A DNA stretch of 64,000 nucleotides from Vulcanimicrobiota bacterium (GCA_963714015.1 OY970223.1:2848001-2912000); one strand, 5' to 3'. Shown: positions 1 through 10,370, counted from the first letter of the stretch. Notes: generated from the letters alone by a model not told the origin. Made by a program: numbers and translations.

Positions 1-838
1 AGACGTGAACGTCATTCACCGGCGTCATGACGATTCGGACCATGGAGCTCGCGCGAAGCGTCGGCAGCATCTGAGGATCGACGTCGAAGTAAGCGTCAAC
101 CTCGTCCGATTGCAGCTCTTCGGTACGCGTATTGGGATCCGGAATTATCCGGTAGACGATGCGATCGATATGCGGGCGGCCTCGCCAATACAAAGGATTG
201 GCTTCCAAGATGACTCGATCGCCGTGACGCCATTCGACCACTCGAAATGGGCCCGAACCGACCGGACGCTGGTTGTATGCAACGCGATTCAGATCTTCGT
301 ATTTGTCCAGCAGATGTGCCGGCATTATCGCTGGACCGCCTTGCGGACCGAAAAAGTACGAAACGATCGGCGAAAACGGCCGGCGCAAGTGTATGACGAC
401 CGTCGTATCGTTCGGCGCGCGGATGCGGTCCACTTCGGCGTATCCGACGCGGGTAAGGACGTTATTTACCGGATTCATTACCGCGTGATACGAAAAGACG
501 ACGTCCCGCGCGGTGAGCGGCGCACCGTCCTGCCAGCGCAGTCCGCGGCGAAGATGATAAACGATCGTGCGGCCGTCCTTCGAAATGCCGTTCCCCAAGA
601 CGGGCACACTCCGGGCAATGTCGGGGATCAAACGTCCCTTGCCGTCGCTCTCCACCAGCAGCGACATGTACAAGTGGCTCAGGCTGAACAAGTCCGATGA
701 TGCCGAGATCAGCGGATTGAGCGTGTCCGGTTCGCCCGCCATTCCGGTGAAGACCAGCGTGCGTTCGCCCTGCATCCGCTGTTGCCCGCACGAGCTCAGG
801 GCTGCGCAAACGAGCACCAGCGCAATGATTCGCTTCAA
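1..838 (-). CDS. Peptide ABC transporter substrate-binding lipoprotein (family 5), runs off window start
   Basis: Manual translation from TTG at 838: MKRIIALVLVCAALSSCGQ...GEPDTLNPL...YHLRRGLRWQDG; paralog of the adjacent gene, with overlapping stop/start. Confidence 0.9.
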   Translation of the reverse strand, partial: MKRIIALVLVCAALSSCGQQRMQGERTLVFTGMAGEPDTLNPLISASSDLFSLSHLYMSLLVESDGKGRLIPDIARSVPVLGNGISKDGRTIVYHLRRGLRWQDGAPLTARDVVFSYHAVMNPVNNVLTRVGYAEVDRIRAPNDTTVVIHLRRPFSPIVSYFFGPQGGPAIMPAHLLDKYEDLNRVAYNQRPVGSGPFRVVEWRHGDRVILEANPLYWRGRPHIDRIVYRIIPDPNTRTEELQSDEVDAYFDVDPQMLPTLRASSMVRIVMTPVNDVHV

Positions 839-2424
839 CGTTTCCGTCGAAACACTCCTGGGCTCAGCGACCACTGCCAGGCGTTCCAGTAAGGTCCCGC
901 CGTGAATTGCGGCCGGAACCCTTGCAGACCGCGCGGCACTACGTAGATCGCATTCTGACTCCAAAGTGAGACGAAGGGAAGCAGATCGGCTACCCGCCTT
1001 TGCACGATTTCAGCGTAGCGCCTTTGGCCAGTGGGATCGTAGCTCGCCTGGACGCCCGCAAGCGCGCGCTCTGCCTGCGGATCGCAAAAATGCATTTCGT
1101 TGAATCCCGCCGGCGCGCGCTGCGCGCAGCTCAGGTACCAGCTCGAGTCCCAATCGCCGGTAGTAAAGATTTCAAAGAAAGCGAGATCGAAATTTCCGCT
1201 CATCACGGGGCCGCCACTCCGTGCCGGCGCGCGAAACATGTCGGGGGTATAGGATCGGACGTCCAGCTGAACGCCGGCCGCGCGGAGTTGTTCCTGAAGC
1301 TGGACCGCGACGGACTGCGAGGTTGCCTTTCCGCTTTCGATTGCCATCTCGAGCGTGAGGCCCAGAGGCTGCAGAACTTTGCGTGCCGCTGCCGGATCGT
1401 ACCGGGGCTGCGGAATCGAGGGGTCGTACGTCCGCCCGAAGAGCGCGTAGAGCGCTCCGTCCGAAGTTTGCACGCCGCGCGTAGCATCTCGGGTGATCTG
1501 AGGGACGTCGATCGCTTCAGCTATCGCCAGCCGTACGCGAACGGACGAAAGAGCGGGCCGCGACATATTGAATTCGAGGTCGCCGAAAGACGCGAACGGC
1601 GCGCGCACCACCTGTTCCGAGGAGATGCGGCCATACTCCGCGGCGTGCAGCGGATCGGAGAAAAGGTACGCATTAACTTCGCCCGTTCGCAGCTCGCTCA
1701 GCGCCGTGTTCGAATCCGGTGTAAACTTTAGCACGATTTGCGCGATCCCGGGATTCCCGCGAAAGTATAGCGGATTTCGAACCAGTGTAATATGGTCGCC
1801 GCGTTGCCATTGCGCAACGCGAAACGGCCCGCTCCCGATCGGCATTGCGTTGAACGGAATACGATTCAGGTTCGCGTAGCCTTCGAGCAAGTGTTCGGGC
1901 AAAATGCCGAAATTGTTCGATGGCGCAAAAAACTCGGTTAGAATTGTCGACATCGGTTTTTCCAACCTTACGCGCACCGTGTACCGGGACGGCGCGGTGA
2001 CGCCGGCGATGTCTTCAAAGCCGTAGTGCGAGAACACATTGTTGGCCGAGTTCATAATCGCATGCGCCGTAAAGACGACGTCGCTCGCGGTGAGCGGCTG
2101 TCCGTCTTGCCAGCGCACATTCCTGCGTAGGATATAAGTGACGGTCTTACCGTCTGCCGATATTCCCCCGTTCTGCAGCGTGGGAACAGTCGCCGCAACG
2201 TCGGGCAACAGGTTGCTGCGCTCGTCCGTCGTCAACAGATAGGAGTACACCAGCGGGATGAGCATAGTCGCGGACGGCCCTTCGAGGAGAATGCCGTTCA
2301 GCGAAGGCGGCTCTGCGGGCACGGCAATGACGAGCTTCGCCGGTACGAACGCGGTGCGCATGCCTCCAGCGCATGCCGTAGCAGCGGTGCAAATAAGGAG
2401 AACCAAGGCGAGACGTAAGCGCAT
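835..2424 (-). CDS. Peptide ABC transporter substrate-binding lipoprotein (family 5)
   Basis: Signal peptide with Cys; LRRNVRWQDG and PIGSGPF motifs; start reassigned to MRLRLALV at 2424. Confidence 0.92.
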   Translation of the reverse strand: MRLRLALVLLICTAATACAGGMRTAFVPAKLVIAVPAEPPSLNGILLEGPSATMLIPLVYSYLLTTDERSNLLPDVAATVPTLQNGGISADGKTVTYILRRNVRWQDGQPLTASDVVFTAHAIMNSANNVFSHYGFEDIAGVTAPSRYTVRVRLEKPMSTILTEFFAPSNNFGILPEHLLEGYANLNRIPFNAMPIGSGPFRVAQWQRGDHITLVRNPLYFRGNPGIAQIVLKFTPDSNTALSELRTGEVNAYLFSDPLHAAEYGRISSEQVVRAPFASFGDLEFNMSRPALSSVRVRLAIAEAIDVPQITRDATRGVQTSDGALYALFGRTYDPSIPQPRYDPAAARKVLQPLGLTLEMAIESGKATSQSVAVQLQEQLRAAGVQLDVRSYTPDMFRAPARSGGPVMSGNFDLAFFEIFTTGDWDSSWYLSCAQRAPAGFNEMHFCDPQAERALAGVQASYDPTGQRRYAEIVQRRVADLLPFVSLWSQNAIYVVPRGLQGFRPQFTAGPYWNAWQWSLSPGVFRRKR

Positions 2425-2498
2425 ACGGCCCCCATTCTTGTTGCCTGCGGGGAGCTTAGGATTCCACGAAGGGTTTCCCTTTCGAGATGCGACGCAAT

Positions 2499-2530
2499 GA
2501 AAAGAGCCCGGCACAGGTGCCGGGCTCTTC
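2499..2530 (-). terminator. Intrinsic terminator, probably the original fliE terminator displaced by the insertion
   Basis: AAGAGCCCGGCAC/GTGCCGGGCTCTT inverted repeat; reads hairpin + TTTT on the minus strand, ~25 bp from the left direct repeat. Confidence 0.8.
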
Positions 2531-2553
2531 TTGCACTGGTTGTTCCGCTCGCG

Positions 2554-2562
2554 CGCTACATC
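2554..2562 (+). repeat. Left 9-bp direct repeat CGCTACATC (target duplication or att core)
   Basis: Identical to 48198-48206; marks the housekeeping/accessory boundary. Confidence 0.8.
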
Positions 2563-2583
2563 GGCTCTATTCGGCTATTAGGC

Positions 2584-2634
2584 GCGAATTCGGAAAATCC
2601 AATTCTCATCATTGCGAATTCGGGAAATCCGATT
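2584..2634 (+). repeat. Left-end motif pair GCGAATTCGG(A/G)AAATCC(A/G)ATT, 30-bp spacing
   Basis: 2584-2604 GCGAATTCGGAAAATCCAATT and 2614-2634 GCGAATTCGGGAAATCCGATT. Confidence 0.85.
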
Positions 2635-2646
2635 TGGCATTCCATG

Positions 2647-4185
2647 TCATCTTCCGGATGTAAGCCGTAATCGTCGATTCCGCTCCGCGACGACCCGTCC
2701 GTGGGGCCAAAGCCGCTCTCGGCCTCTAAACAGTTCCTTAGCTTTCAGCTCGGGGAAGCCTCGAACAATCGCGGCCAGAAGATCGTCGAGCGGCTTGTAG
2801 TGCGGGAACGCCGGATCGAGCAAATACTTTATGTACTGCCCCTCCACCCGCGCCTTGACGATCCCGGCCTCTTCGAACTTTAGCACCTTGTTCCACATGG
2901 CGTTGTAATCATGCTGCGGACGCGACCGCTTGAGGTCAACCATTGCGATGCCCTCCTCGCCAGCAAGGTGCAGCATCAGCAAGACCCACAGCCGAGGTTT
3001 CGTACCAAAGACGATCTCAGGTGCGTACGGGCCCGGAGTCGCACGCCCCGGCTGCGTCCGCACTCTTGATGGTTCCAGGCCTTGCAGGCTCAGCAGACAT
3101 CGGCGCAGTTCGCGATAGACCGGGTAGGCCGGGTTAAGGCCCACGCGTCGCGCTCTGCCCTTGCCGGTATCTGAGACGATTCCGGTTTTCGCCAGCCGCC
3201 CTACGACGTCGAAGCCGCCGGTACGTTTCGCGACGGTTTGCAACTTGAGGGGCGTCATTGGACCGTATTTGGCGAGCGCCATGAGAACGCGTTCGGCGCG
3301 ATGCTTGCCGAACAAGGCCCAGTCCTTGGCGTCGTCCAGAGATCTACGCCGTGCGACCTCGCACTCCATAACGCGCGGTTTGAAATCGGGATGGAAGGCT
3401 ACGAATGCGCGTAGGAGCTTTCGAAGCGGCGGACGCCATGGTGCGTCGGGAAAACGAACCTGCCCGCCGACCTTTATCAGGATGCCGTTCTTGACGCAGT
3501 TTATCACCTCGCCGGCGACCGAACTCTGCACCTCGTCCGGTACGATGCGCTGTAGTCTGCCAACCTCGATTCTGCCGCCGAAGATTTCCAAGACGGCGAA
3601 TATTTTGGTCCGAATGCGGGAGCCGAGAATGATCGAGGTGTCGCAATCATGTCGCGCGGTCAGCAGACCGATCTCCGCCGGCGTCATGTCGTTTGCCGTG
3701 CGCACATCGTATTGCTTGGCTAAGGAGGTCAGTACGGCGCGCACCTCCCGCATTAAAGGAAACGCAGGGTTAAGCGCGACGGCGTCTCCACGGCGAACGC
3801 CTCGGTATGGCAACGTCCATTTCGTGGTCAACCCGGCACGATCTCTCCGCACGATGCTCGCCGTGCGACGTTCGCTGAACCACCCGTCAAGAACCGAACG
3901 CCGCCTCGGGCCGGTGCTGAGGCCGACCAGAATGTCGGTATCCATACCGAAGATTGGCGGTATTCCACCCAAGGATCGTAGCCTATCACGTCGCGCTTTG
4001 TACGCAGCGTATTTCTTGCCGACAGCGGTATCGGTCGATCCGCGGCTTCTGAATTCGAGTGGATAAACCGCACGTTGCTTCCTCATCTGCCCTATCGACA
4101 AACGCGAAAACCAGATGGTGAGTTGCGCTGCAATCTTTTGTTCACGGTTTAGACGTACCACGGCTGTTAGGAGCCTGACTATCAA
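2647..4185 (-). CDS. Protein with four tandem winged-helix-like DNA-binding repeats (start uncertain)
   Basis: Four units: IFG...LNPAFPLMREVRAVL, ILGSRIR...PWRPPLRKLL, LFGKHRAERVL...LNPAYPVYRELRRCLL, VFGTKPRLWVL...LDPAFPHYKPLDDLL; very basic. Confidence 0.75.
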   Translation of the reverse strand: MIVRLLTAVVRLNREQKIAAQLTIWFSRLSIGQMRKQRAVYPLEFRSRGSTDTAVGKKYAAYKARRDRLRSLGGIPPIFGMDTDILVGLSTGPRRRSVLDGWFSERRTASIVRRDRAGLTTKWTLPYRGVRRGDAVALNPAFPLMREVRAVLTSLAKQYDVRTANDMTPAEIGLLTARHDCDTSIILGSRIRTKIFAVLEIFGGRIEVGRLQRIVPDEVQSSVAGEVINCVKNGILIKVGGQVRFPDAPWRPPLRKLLRAFVAFHPDFKPRVMECEVARRRSLDDAKDWALFGKHRAERVLMALAKYGPMTPLKLQTVAKRTGGFDVVGRLAKTGIVSDTGKGRARRVGLNPAYPVYRELRRCLLSLQGLEPSRVRTQPGRATPGPYAPEIVFGTKPRLWVLLMLHLAGEEGIAMVDLKRSRPQHDYNAMWNKVLKFEEAGIVKARVEGQYIKYLLDPAFPHYKPLDDLLAAIVRGFPELKAKELFRGRERLWPHGRVVAERNRRLRLTSGR

Positions 4186-4869
4186 TCACCTACAAGCGGG
4201 CAAAGTTGACGGATCTATCCGTTTTTGTTCAAGCGCTTGCAGCTGGGGCAATTGTATGTTGCCAAGGCGGTGAGAAACGTAGTGTGGCATCGGCAACGGA
4301 CCCAAAACCTCGCCGAGCTGCGGCAATACGAGGTAAAGCCTTCCATCGCGAAGATCGGCGAGATCCGGCGAACTCCATAGCGACGGGTCGTCCGAGACGA
4401 CGATGTGCATGACCCGGCTGCTCGGAAAATGTAGGCTTAGTACGAGCCGGCCAGCGGCAGATGGGGCGTGCAACCGGATCGTGTAAGCACCTCTCCATCC
4501 GACGAACTCGGCGGTCGAGTCGGTTTCCGCCTTCAAGAAACCGGATCCAAAGACGCCAATCTTCGCTCGTTCGGTCTGGTCGCGTTCCCACATCAACTTT
4601 CGTAGTGACGCGGCATAAGATGTATTAAGGAACGGCGATCCCAACACGGTCGATCCTAACCCGAGCGCCATTTTCGCCATGAAACGTTGCTCGAATCCGA
4701 TGTTGATGACGACACCCATCTCGTGATTGTCGCCCATGGCGATGATCCTATCGCCCTCCTCCTTGGTTTCATCGAGCGCAACGGCTCTTTCGCCGTGTTC
4801 GAAATTCCTATAGCAGATGCGGCCGAGCAGACCTCGCTGGCGCAGCGCCTCGTGCAAGTTGGCCTGATG
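4186..4869 (-). pseudogene. C-terminal half of an interrupted HNH endonuclease
   Basis: Joins in frame to 5903-6482 across the GCCTGATG repeat (FVHPMHQA|NLHEALRQ). Confidence 0.7.
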
Positions 4870-5910
4870 GTAGTTATGACGGCAAAAGATGCTCTATCTG
4901 AAAATAACAAGTGTGCGCCCAGGTCGAAAAGGTAAGCGTTAAACGGAGCCGCAGATCCTTACACAGGCTGAGCTTATACCGCAGATTGTTACGATTATCG
5001 TGACAAATATGACGCTCGCGACAAGGCCCCACCAGTAAGATCGAAGGACACCCTCCCAGGTTCGAACCGATCGTAGTAACCACCACGCTTCGCAAGCTAT
5101 TGTCATATACAGTATCGCAACGTATGTGGGTAGCGTATGGTTTGCAGATGAAGCTGCAAATCTATAACCAACCGCACTTACGAAGAGCAAGCCGATACAC
5201 AATGTTTCCGCCGCGACGATAGCTGGATGCAGGCCACGCGCATATTCCATTGTTCCACCGGACCTCCACTCAAGAGCGCTCGTACAGAAAACGGTAAACA
5301 AAACAAGACAAATAAGCGAAATGTCTCCAGGCGAAAGCGATACATCTGGGCCTCTGCAAAATAACGACCTTTGCCGTGAGAACGGACGCGAGCAAATCGC
5401 GCGCGTTTTATCGGCAAGGATACCGCCGTTCGTTGCATACAATATGACCGTTTGGTCGCCTTGAACATAGCGCAGCGATCCATCAGTGTCAGTTACCTTT
5501 ACGATCGATGGGGGCTCGACCGTGTAGCGCAATCCCATTGGCCGCACCTGGTCCAGTAACTGCCCGATTGATACTGATTCCATCGATGAAACGTCGCGTG
5601 TACTTGTCGCCTGGACCTCCATGACCAACGCCAAATGAACTCTGGGCGAAAAAAACCAAAGAGGGGCTCTTAGCGCGGTAACTACCAAGACCACGGAAAG
5701 CAGTGCCGAAGCGGAAACTGTCCAAGCAACCGCACGTACCTGCTGCTGATTCATCAACGCGCTAGTGCCTGAAACAATGTGTTTCGTTTTGATGCGCTCC
5801 ACAAAAAGGCGCGCCTTCCTCCAAATGGTCGCAGTGCGTGCACTGCACTTTCAATGTAATCAAACCCTCTCTTATTCTACGTTCCAAGCAGATTCGCAGG
5901 CTGCCTGATG
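4862..5910. mobile_element. 1041-bp single-gene insertion flanked by the 8-bp direct repeat GCCTGATG
   Basis: Repeats at 4862-4869 and 5903-5910; more AT-rich than the flanks; encodes no recombinase. Confidence 0.7.
4939..5802 (-). CDS. Multi-pass membrane protein of unknown function
   Basis: One N-terminal and about four C-terminal hydrophobic segments around a soluble loop. Confidence 0.65.
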   Translation of the reverse strand: MERIKTKHIVSGTSALMNQQQVRAVAWTVSASALLSVVLVVTALRAPLWFFSPRVHLALVMEVQATSTRDVSSMESVSIGQLLDQVRPMGLRYTVEPPSIVKVTDTDGSLRYVQGDQTVILYATNGGILADKTRAICSRPFSRQRSLFCRGPDVSLSPGDISLICLVLFTVFCTSALEWRSGGTMEYARGLHPAIVAAETLCIGLLFVSAVGYRFAASSANHTLPTYVAILYMTIACEAWWLLRSVRTWEGVLRSYWWGLVASVIFVTIIVTICGISSACVRICGSV

Positions 5911-6482
5911 CATAGGATGTACGAATTCTGGAACTCCGGGTCCAATTTGGATTTCCGCTTCAGGCGAATAGCGACGCGCCTTCGGGAAATAGGCCATCAA
6001 GGAACGCAACGCCATGTGGACCCAATCGGCTTGCGCTGTAGTAAAGCGAATATAAACGCGTCCCGGATCGGATTTTCGCGCGATTGGGTTTCCGCCAGCA
6101 TACGATGCCCACCTCGACTCGTCGGCCTTATGGATGTGATAGTAGCATATCCCGCACGGACCGAGCCACATCTCACAGACCTCGTCTTCCGCAACTGGTG
6201 CGCCGTCAATGGGGCCCATGTAGGATAGCGGACTGATCGACGTTTGCGTTCGCGGATCGAGATATTCTTGCGACGCCGCAGCTCGTCGTTCGTGAGGAAC
6301 CAATTCTTTATGAACGGACCGTCGATGAAAAGCCCGGACGTGCTATTGCATGCGATGCAGACGTCGTTCGTCTTGAAAATCGCGTCGGGAAGAAGCGCGC
6401 CGCCGAGCGCGTCGGGAAAAATGTGCTCCAACGAAAACTCGGAGTCGTCCTTTTCTTTATTGCAGTATATGCAGGTTTTCAT
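5903..6482 (-). pseudogene. N-terminal half of the HNH endonuclease (frameshift ~6280)
   Basis: MKTCIYC...SLEHIFPDALGG...VCIACNS HNH zinc motifs. Confidence 0.8.
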
Positions 6483-6591
6483 CGCCTTCCGCTTACCAAA
6501 CATTTTCGTCGAAGCCCTCGTATTCGGAATATAGGGCCCGGTGCGCCAGCGGGCAAGTTTGTCGAACGAGTCGGGACATAGCGGGATATAT

Positions 6592-7854
6592 TCAGATTCT
6601 CGTTTCGGCTGGTCGAAGGCGCGCGTCTCTGGTCGATATCTTTAGCGCCCCAAACACGTTGCGGCCGGCCTGCAGTTCGCCCTCCGATGGAGTCGATGCG
6701 AGCTCGTTCAGTCCGACTTCGTAACTCTCGCCTTCACGATCGACAATCAGAAGACAACGGTTGCGTCCGTAGTGCGCCATCGCCGCGCGCGTGAGTCCGT
6801 CGAACGTCGAGAGTAGGTCGTTGCGCGTGAAGTTCGCCGTTGCGCCGAAAGAACCGAGTACCACGACCAAGTCGGGCTGCGAGTCTACCATTGCTGCGGC
6901 CAATGTGAAGCCCGCCCCGCCCTTGCCCATTCTTTCCTGTACTGCTCCATCGAATGCGCGGCCGAGCTCGGCGCGTTCTCCGAGCGTCAATCCGGCGAGA
7001 ACGTCCTGCATCGCGAGATATCCGCGCCGCTCCCGAACTGGTTCGTATCCATCGATGACGGCCTGCGAGAGCCCGCTTTGAAATTCCGGATGCCGCCCAG
7101 CGAGCTGGTCCGCAACGTGTTCGAGAAGCATCGAGTACCGATCCCGCCGCGTCTTTTCATTGAAGACTGCCGCGACTTCGGCGGATCGCTCGTTCAGAAT
7201 CCGGTCCGCTTCGTCGAACGAAGTGATTTTGGAAAGATCACCGTCGAATAGGAGATAGTCGCCGAAGATCGTTAGTTCCGCGCCGAGCGACAATAGGAGC
7301 GATTTCGGCAAAGATCTCCGCGCGTCCAGGTAACGGGCAACTTCCGGCACCGTGCGCAACTGTTGACAGACGTGCATGAAGTCGCTGACGGAAAAGTAGG
7401 AAATGGGGACGCCCCCGTGTTCGAGTGGCAGGTGGTGGTCATGCAGGTCGATTCGCTCGAACACCTCAACCGTCGCTATGGCGTGGCTGATGCCGGGCAG
7501 GCCATCCGAAAACGAGACGCGCCCGCGGCGGCGGTGATCGCACCAAATTTCGGTATGGCCGCCGACTTTGCGCAGCGCACCCCTCAACTGGGCAACCGCT
7601 GCTTCGGCGTGCTTTTGAGCCCAACGCTGCAATTTCGATCCCGTCCGGCTGCCGGGATCATCCTGGCACTTCTGCGACACGAGCAGCGCCTGCTCTTTGC
7701 GTACGACCAAGAAGTCCGCGACCTCGCGCTGTAGGCCCCGGTCGAGAGTCTGAAGATTCCGAAAGACAAATTCAGCGACGAAAGCCGGCGCTATGAAACG
7801 CTCTACGTGGGATTCGGCCCATTGAGTCCGGGAGGAACCGATAGAACCTGCCAT
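6592..7854 (-). CDS. NERD/PD-(D/E)xK-like nuclease-fold protein
   Basis: REVADFLVV...LLVSQKCQ motif followed by AVAQLRGA; 420 aa. Confidence 0.6.
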   Translation of the reverse strand: MAGSIGSSRTQWAESHVERFIAPAFVAEFVFRNLQTLDRGLQREVADFLVVRKEQALLVSQKCQDDPGSRTGSKLQRWAQKHAEAAVAQLRGALRKVGGHTEIWCDHRRRGRVSFSDGLPGISHAIATVEVFERIDLHDHHLPLEHGGVPISYFSVSDFMHVCQQLRTVPEVARYLDARRSLPKSLLLSLGAELTIFGDYLLFDGDLSKITSFDEADRILNERSAEVAAVFNEKTRRDRYSMLLEHVADQLAGRHPEFQSGLSQAVIDGYEPVRERRGYLAMQDVLAGLTLGERAELGRAFDGAVQERMGKGGAGFTLAAAMVDSQPDLVVVLGSFGATANFTRNDLLSTFDGLTRAAMAHYGRNRCLLIVDREGESYEVGLNELASTPSEGELQAGRNVFGALKISTRDARLRPAETRI

Positions 7855-8703
7855 CTACCACTGAAACAACGGGCACACGCGTCTGGTTGCTGGAGTGCTG
7901 CGCGCCCAGTACAAGTGCTGTGCGCCGTGAAAAAGCGCTGCCCGTAGACGGCCGATGTCGTCCGGTGAATACCGCGTTTCGAAGGTTTTACCTGATTTTC
8001 CGGAGTTCGGGTGAGAAAGCGCCACGACAGTGCGTATCTTCCCGCCAAGGTCCATCTCGATCGGGTGCGGGGGCACTCCGCAACGAAAAATCTGCTTTTG
8101 GGCGACGTCGCCGACTGCGATCACGACCTGCGCGGCCGCCACGGAAAGCACGTTGTTGAGATGAAGTTCGACGCACGTTCCCGCCGCTTCCAACACGCCG
8201 TATTGCTTTCGGGATTTGCAATGCACGATCTCGGTAAGGGCGTAGTCGACGCCGGGCCGCGGCTCCGCCATGAGGTCCCTCGCTCTATTCAGAACCCAAC
8301 ACCAGTATTTTTGCGGCTCGATGAGATTGCCGTTGCGGTCCGTCGTGTAGCGTCCGTCCGCAACATACGCGCGGCTGCCGCCGCCGAAGGCGAGATGATG
8401 CGATTCCCATACCTGTTCGTCGGAGGCGTCGCCTCGAGCGTGATCGTCTTCTCCAATTGAAGGATTTGAAGAGATGAACAGCATCGGCGCGACGTCGATT
8501 TGGCCGACCCACGGCTCGGGCACCTGAAAGTCCCCATACCGTTCGGCTCCGAATTCAATCATCTGGTACCGCACTATGCGCTCGCACGCGTTGGTTCCAC
8601 CATCATAGATCTCGCGCACCTTCGGGCAGCGCGCTATACCTTGAAAAACCCTGCGAGCAAGACCATCCGACATGAACTCTTGTTTCGCCCCGCCGTACGC
8701 CAT
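7855..8703 (-). CDS. Uracil-DNA glycosylase superfamily protein
   Basis: PEPWVG...FISSNPS, TEIVHCKS, VIAVG and LSHPNS motifs. Confidence 0.8.
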   Translation of the reverse strand: MAYGGAKQEFMSDGLARRVFQGIARCPKVREIYDGGTNACERIVRYQMIEFGAERYGDFQVPEPWVGQIDVAPMLFISSNPSIGEDDHARGDASDEQVWESHHLAFGGGSRAYVADGRYTTDRNGNLIEPQKYWCWVLNRARDLMAEPRPGVDYALTEIVHCKSRKQYGVLEAAGTCVELHLNNVLSVAAAQVVIAVGDVAQKQIFRCGVPPHPIEMDLGGKIRTVVALSHPNSGKSGKTFETRYSPDDIGRLRAALFHGAQHLYWARSTPATRRVCPLFQW

Positions 8704-8823
8704 CGCTCTTGAAAGATGACGTGGGCTTGGCGATTCCTTGCGTGAACCGCAGAACGGGGCTTTACAACGGACTTCCGGCAGTTCGCTCGAGCACGTGATC
8801 CAGTCGTTCGACGCCGGCTATGA

Positions 8824-9774
8824 TTGCACGAACCGCGGGTTCGGATGCAGACTGTAAGCATGGAGAATACCGAAAACCCGTCTCGGCCGGGTGAAGTAGG
8901 GCAGAAGCCGAGACTCTCGCCTCCGACCAATTGGGGAAGCACGGGCGTCGAAGTACCGGACGTAACGGGTGCTTATGCGCTACCGGCCGGTACGAATGGA
9001 GACGAGGGCCGCCGCCAATTGCTGGCGTGTACCTTGGCTGCGCTGTATTCCGTCGTCGGAAGCGCGCAACGTGCCAATCAGCAGATCGACGAAACCCGCA
9101 ACGCCGTGCACCAACTGCTGATCGCAAGTGGTGCCCTGGCGGCCAGTGAGGCAGACGCGTTCTTGACCCTTATTTCGGCCGGTCTTGAATCTTCAGCCCT
9201 CGTGCATTTGCGAGGCCTTGGCGAGACGTCGCGCAGAATAGCGATTTGCCGAGAGTATCCGCCGTTGGCGTTGAAACTATATCAGACCGCTGGTCCAGCG
9301 TGGATTCGGATGGCCGCTCGAGTTGGAATTGATGGCATTCCGGAACTTGATCGCGCTGAGCGTGACATGCGAACGCTGGAAAACACGCAAGAGTTCAAAA
9401 ATGCGAAGAGCGACGTCGTGCAACGCTTTAGCCTGATGAGCGAGGATGAGTGGACCGCCTGGAGCAAGCGGAGCCATGGCGATGTCCTGGCGCTTGTGCA
9501 AGTATCGCAAAATCTCCGTGCGCGTGGTTCCGATGTGCGAGCCGCCGTCAATACGGAGTTACCGCAAGGCGTAGCGGTAAACGGCTATTTGATGCGCGCC
9601 ATCGGCTTTGCGCTATTCGCCCTCGCACATCTTTGCGTGGAGTTTGACGTGGATACGCGCGGCCAATTGACGGTTGTGTCGGGTGCCTACGAGCGCATGC
9701 AGGAGCTTGACGCCGCTAGCGGTGCCTTGCGCGTGTCCCCGCGAGACAAAACGCGCAGAACGGGACGTAGATGA
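8824..9774 (+). CDS. Helical protein, DUF5677/HEPN-like
   Basis: ALVHLRGLGE and WSKRSHGD motifs resemble DUF5677; a second copy lies at ~33520-34359. Confidence 0.55.
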   Translation: MHEPRVRMQTVSMENTENPSRPGEVGQKPRLSPPTNWGSTGVEVPDVTGAYALPAGTNGDEGRRQLLACTLAALYSVVGSAQRANQQIDETRNAVHQLLIASGALAASEADAFLTLISAGLESSALVHLRGLGETSRRIAICREYPPLALKLYQTAGPAWIRMAARVGIDGIPELDRAERDMRTLENTQEFKNAKSDVVQRFSLMSEDEWTAWSKRSHGDVLALVQVSQNLRARGSDVRAAVNTELPQGVAVNGYLMRAIGFALFALAHLCVEFDVDTRGQLTVVSGAYERMQELDAASGALRVSPRDKTRRTGRR

Positions 9775-10370
9775 CCTTTCCAAGACGCATCGACGGTTAC
9801 TTGCGCGGAGCGATGGCAACCCCGACTGGTGCGCCAGAGCCTGTAAGTCTCTTGATTCTCGTTCATAGACGAATCGCTCGATGTCGGGAGCCGTGTCTAG
9901 ATTTCTGGGCAGAAGCGCGATATCGGGAAGATCCGAAATGTGCAACCGTTCAATCGCATCTTCAAACGTGCCCGCGTCGCCTACTTCCGCGCCTTCGCCA
10001 TCAAAGCCGCGTCGCCCCAAATCCCCGTACGTAGCCTCTGTGGTGCACACCGACGCGGCGCAGCACGCATTGCGCGCTTTGTAAAGATTGAGGCTCGCGA
10101 TGTTTAGAATTCGAGATTCACGGGCAAGTCGTACGCACCCATCCGTGCGCCCGCGCTGAGAAAAAGATTTCAAGAACCCTGACGGGTTTTTTTTATTTTT
10201 GCTCGACAATCTCGCAGAATCTTGGCATCGCTCTGCGCGTGGCGCGTCGCTGCTGCAAACCACTCAAGAACAGGCGTCTTTCCACCGAGAGTTCTGACAT
10301 TGTTGGTCAGTGTTGTTCAAGTCCACGCATTTCTTCGCGAACTCCCGAGAAACGCGATTTAATTTTCCGG

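Noticed and set aside
2563..2582. Left end GGCTCTATTCGG as an ISL3 inverted repeat
   Set aside because: It resembles ISL3 ends, but no partner end with a direct target duplication was found, and the ISL3 element has its own complete boundaries.
9970..10030. tmRNA or tRNA-like 5' end (GGGGCGACGCGGCTTTGA on the minus strand)
   Set aside because: No acceptor-stem partner, T-arm or CCA end found.
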